Below are positions 62,416-64,000 of a DNA stretch of 64,000 bases, piece by piece. Position numbers and translations under genes: made by a program. Origin of the DNA: Octopus sinensis. Lineage: Eukaryota. Position 1 is the first letter of the stretch; every line of letters begins with the position of its first letter. Where the stretch lies: positions 5,704,001 through 5,768,000 of the forward strand of contig NC_043012.1 of the NCBI RefSeq assembly GCF_006345805.1. The letters are read 5' to 3'. The notes under the pieces are model-generated. The model did no database searches, was not told where the DNA came from, and was given only the letters and a program-made list of their open reading frames with translations.

Positions 62416-62720
62416 TGAAAATGGCACCATTCGAGTGTGATCGTTACCAGCGTTGCCTTGCTGGCATCTGTGCCGGTGACATGTGTAAAAGATTCGAGCG
62501 AGGTCGCTGCCAGTACCACTTGACTGGCCCCATACCGGTGGCACGTAAAAACACCCACTACACCCACGGAGTGGTTGGCGTTAGGAAGGGCATCCAGCTG
62601 TAGAAACTCTGCCAGATCAAGATTGAAGCCTGGTGTAGCCATCTGGTTCGCCAGCCCTCAGTCATACGTCCAACCCATGCTAGCATGGAAAGCACACATT
62701 AAAGGATGATGATGATGATT
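62416..62720 (+). mobile_element. Family-C element
   Basis: gcgttaggaagggcatccagctgtagaaac motif and (GAT)n tail. Confidence 0.85.
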
Positions 62721-63518
62721 TCAAGATCCTCAGGCAAATTCACATCTTACATTATTTCCATCAGAATAAGATGGTAAGCTGGCAGAATCGTTAGCACACT
62801 GGGCAAACATGCTCAGTGGCATTTTGTCTGTCTGAGGTCAGCTTTTCTTTTCATCCTTTCAGAGTTGATAAAATAAGTACCAGCTGATCTCTGTTCCCCA
62901 ATTTGCTGGCCATAGATGTCAGAAAGGTATTTAGTATAATTCATGTTCTGGGACTGTTCGCTGCAATGGATTGATGTGCAGTCCTGGGGGAAATTTTCTC
63001 ATTGGCTTGTTTATTTTATACCATGAAACTGGGGCTGAAGAATAAGTCCTTTAAGAACATCTTCATTGGGTGGGTACTGATGGAGAATTTAAAGTATTTT
63101 TGAATGCCAGTTCATTCAGAGTTGCAGAGCAGATTGGTTGATATTGGGATTAGATGAATGATGATTGGGGTGGAGTATTTATGACACTTTGGAATTGCCA
63201 GTGAGTGACTAAGAAAAAAGAATCTGAAGAATTTAATTTCAAATTCTGAACATTTTGAAAGGACTTTGAAAGTTCTTTTTTGTGTTTCTTCCTACATGAA
63301 GTGATAAGGTGGGGCCAAAAGACTCAGCTTGGGAGTAGACGGATTACACTTGAATGAAGGCAAAAAGCTTGTTGCATTTTACCATTTAGTGCTTAAACCG
63401 GTTCTATCCAGCCGAAATATTCTACCTGCTTTATGTTCAAACTGGCCAGATCTGGCCTACCCTACAATGACATTCTAAAAATAAACTGTCACATCACCAA
63501 AGTCTTGAAGTTACAAGA

Positions 63519-63925
63519 TACTCTTTTACTTGTTTCAATCATTTGACTGCAACCATGCTGGAGCATTGCCTTTAGTCAAGCAAATCGACACCAGGACTTA
63601 TTCTTTGTAAACCTAGTACTTATTCTATTGGTCTCTTTTGCCGAAGCACTAAGTTACAGGGGTGTAAGCACACCAGCATCGGTTGTCAAGTGATGTTGGA
63701 GGGGACAAACACAGACAAATAAACATATATACACATACATATATTTATATATACATATATACGATGGGCTTCTTTCAGTTTCTGTCTACCAAATCCGCTC
63801 ATAAGGCTTTGGTCAACCCGAAGCTATAGTAGAAGACACTTGCCCAATGTACCACACAGTGGGACTGAACCCGGAACCATGTGGTTGGTAAGCAAGCTAC
63901 TTACCACACAGCCACTCCTGCACCT
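63519..63925 (-). mobile_element. Full-length family-A SINE
   Basis: Near-consensus tail-to-head match. Confidence 0.9.
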
Positions 63926-64000
63926 ATAATACTTCATCATTAATTTGAATCAGTGTGAATAGATAAGCCTTACATTTAATGGAATAATTTGAATGCTAAA

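Noticed and set aside
62950-63200. Possible Penelope-like remnant on the minus strand (P-III..NPNI..NWH)
   Set aside because: Needs several frameshifts; not distinguishable from chance without a profile search.

Overview
AT-rich, microsatellite- and transposon-saturated animal genomic DNA. The SINE families and (TA)n/(CA)n density match what I remember of octopus (cephalopod) genomes; this is recognition from memory, not a database search. Only one convincing host coding segment is visible: a probable first coding exon of a PDZ-domain protein (22241-22950, +), with an upstream in-frame stop, good Kozak context and a GTGAGT donor. Its PDZ domain carries an unusually long insertion, and the downstream exons were not confidently found. 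Two CpG-retaining, promoter-like zones (about 18.6-27.7 kb and 41.4-45.3 kb) each carry a candidate minus-strand first-exon donor, and a weak two-exon candidate lies at 44.3-44.5 kb. Most of the remainder is mobile DNA: several tRNA-derived SINE families, RTE- and CR1-clade LINE remnants, a Tc1 3' end with TIR, a complete non-autonomous pogo-like element with a Brinker-type DNA-binding-domain ORF plus a related MITE, piggyBac-type TTAA MITEs, a Helitron-like element and TA-flanked foldback elements. The most notable structures are local template-switch signatures (a SINE TSD containing a perfect 93-bp inverted copy of nearby DNA, a snap-back at a LINE 5' end, perfect palindromes), a 4.4-kb nested transposon stack, a CR1/Tc1 chimeric junction and a 277-bp tandem duplication. 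I found no CRISPR array, rRNA or true tRNA gene, and nothing I can claim as a new biological system. Nearly all long ORFs in the supplied track are microsatellite translations.
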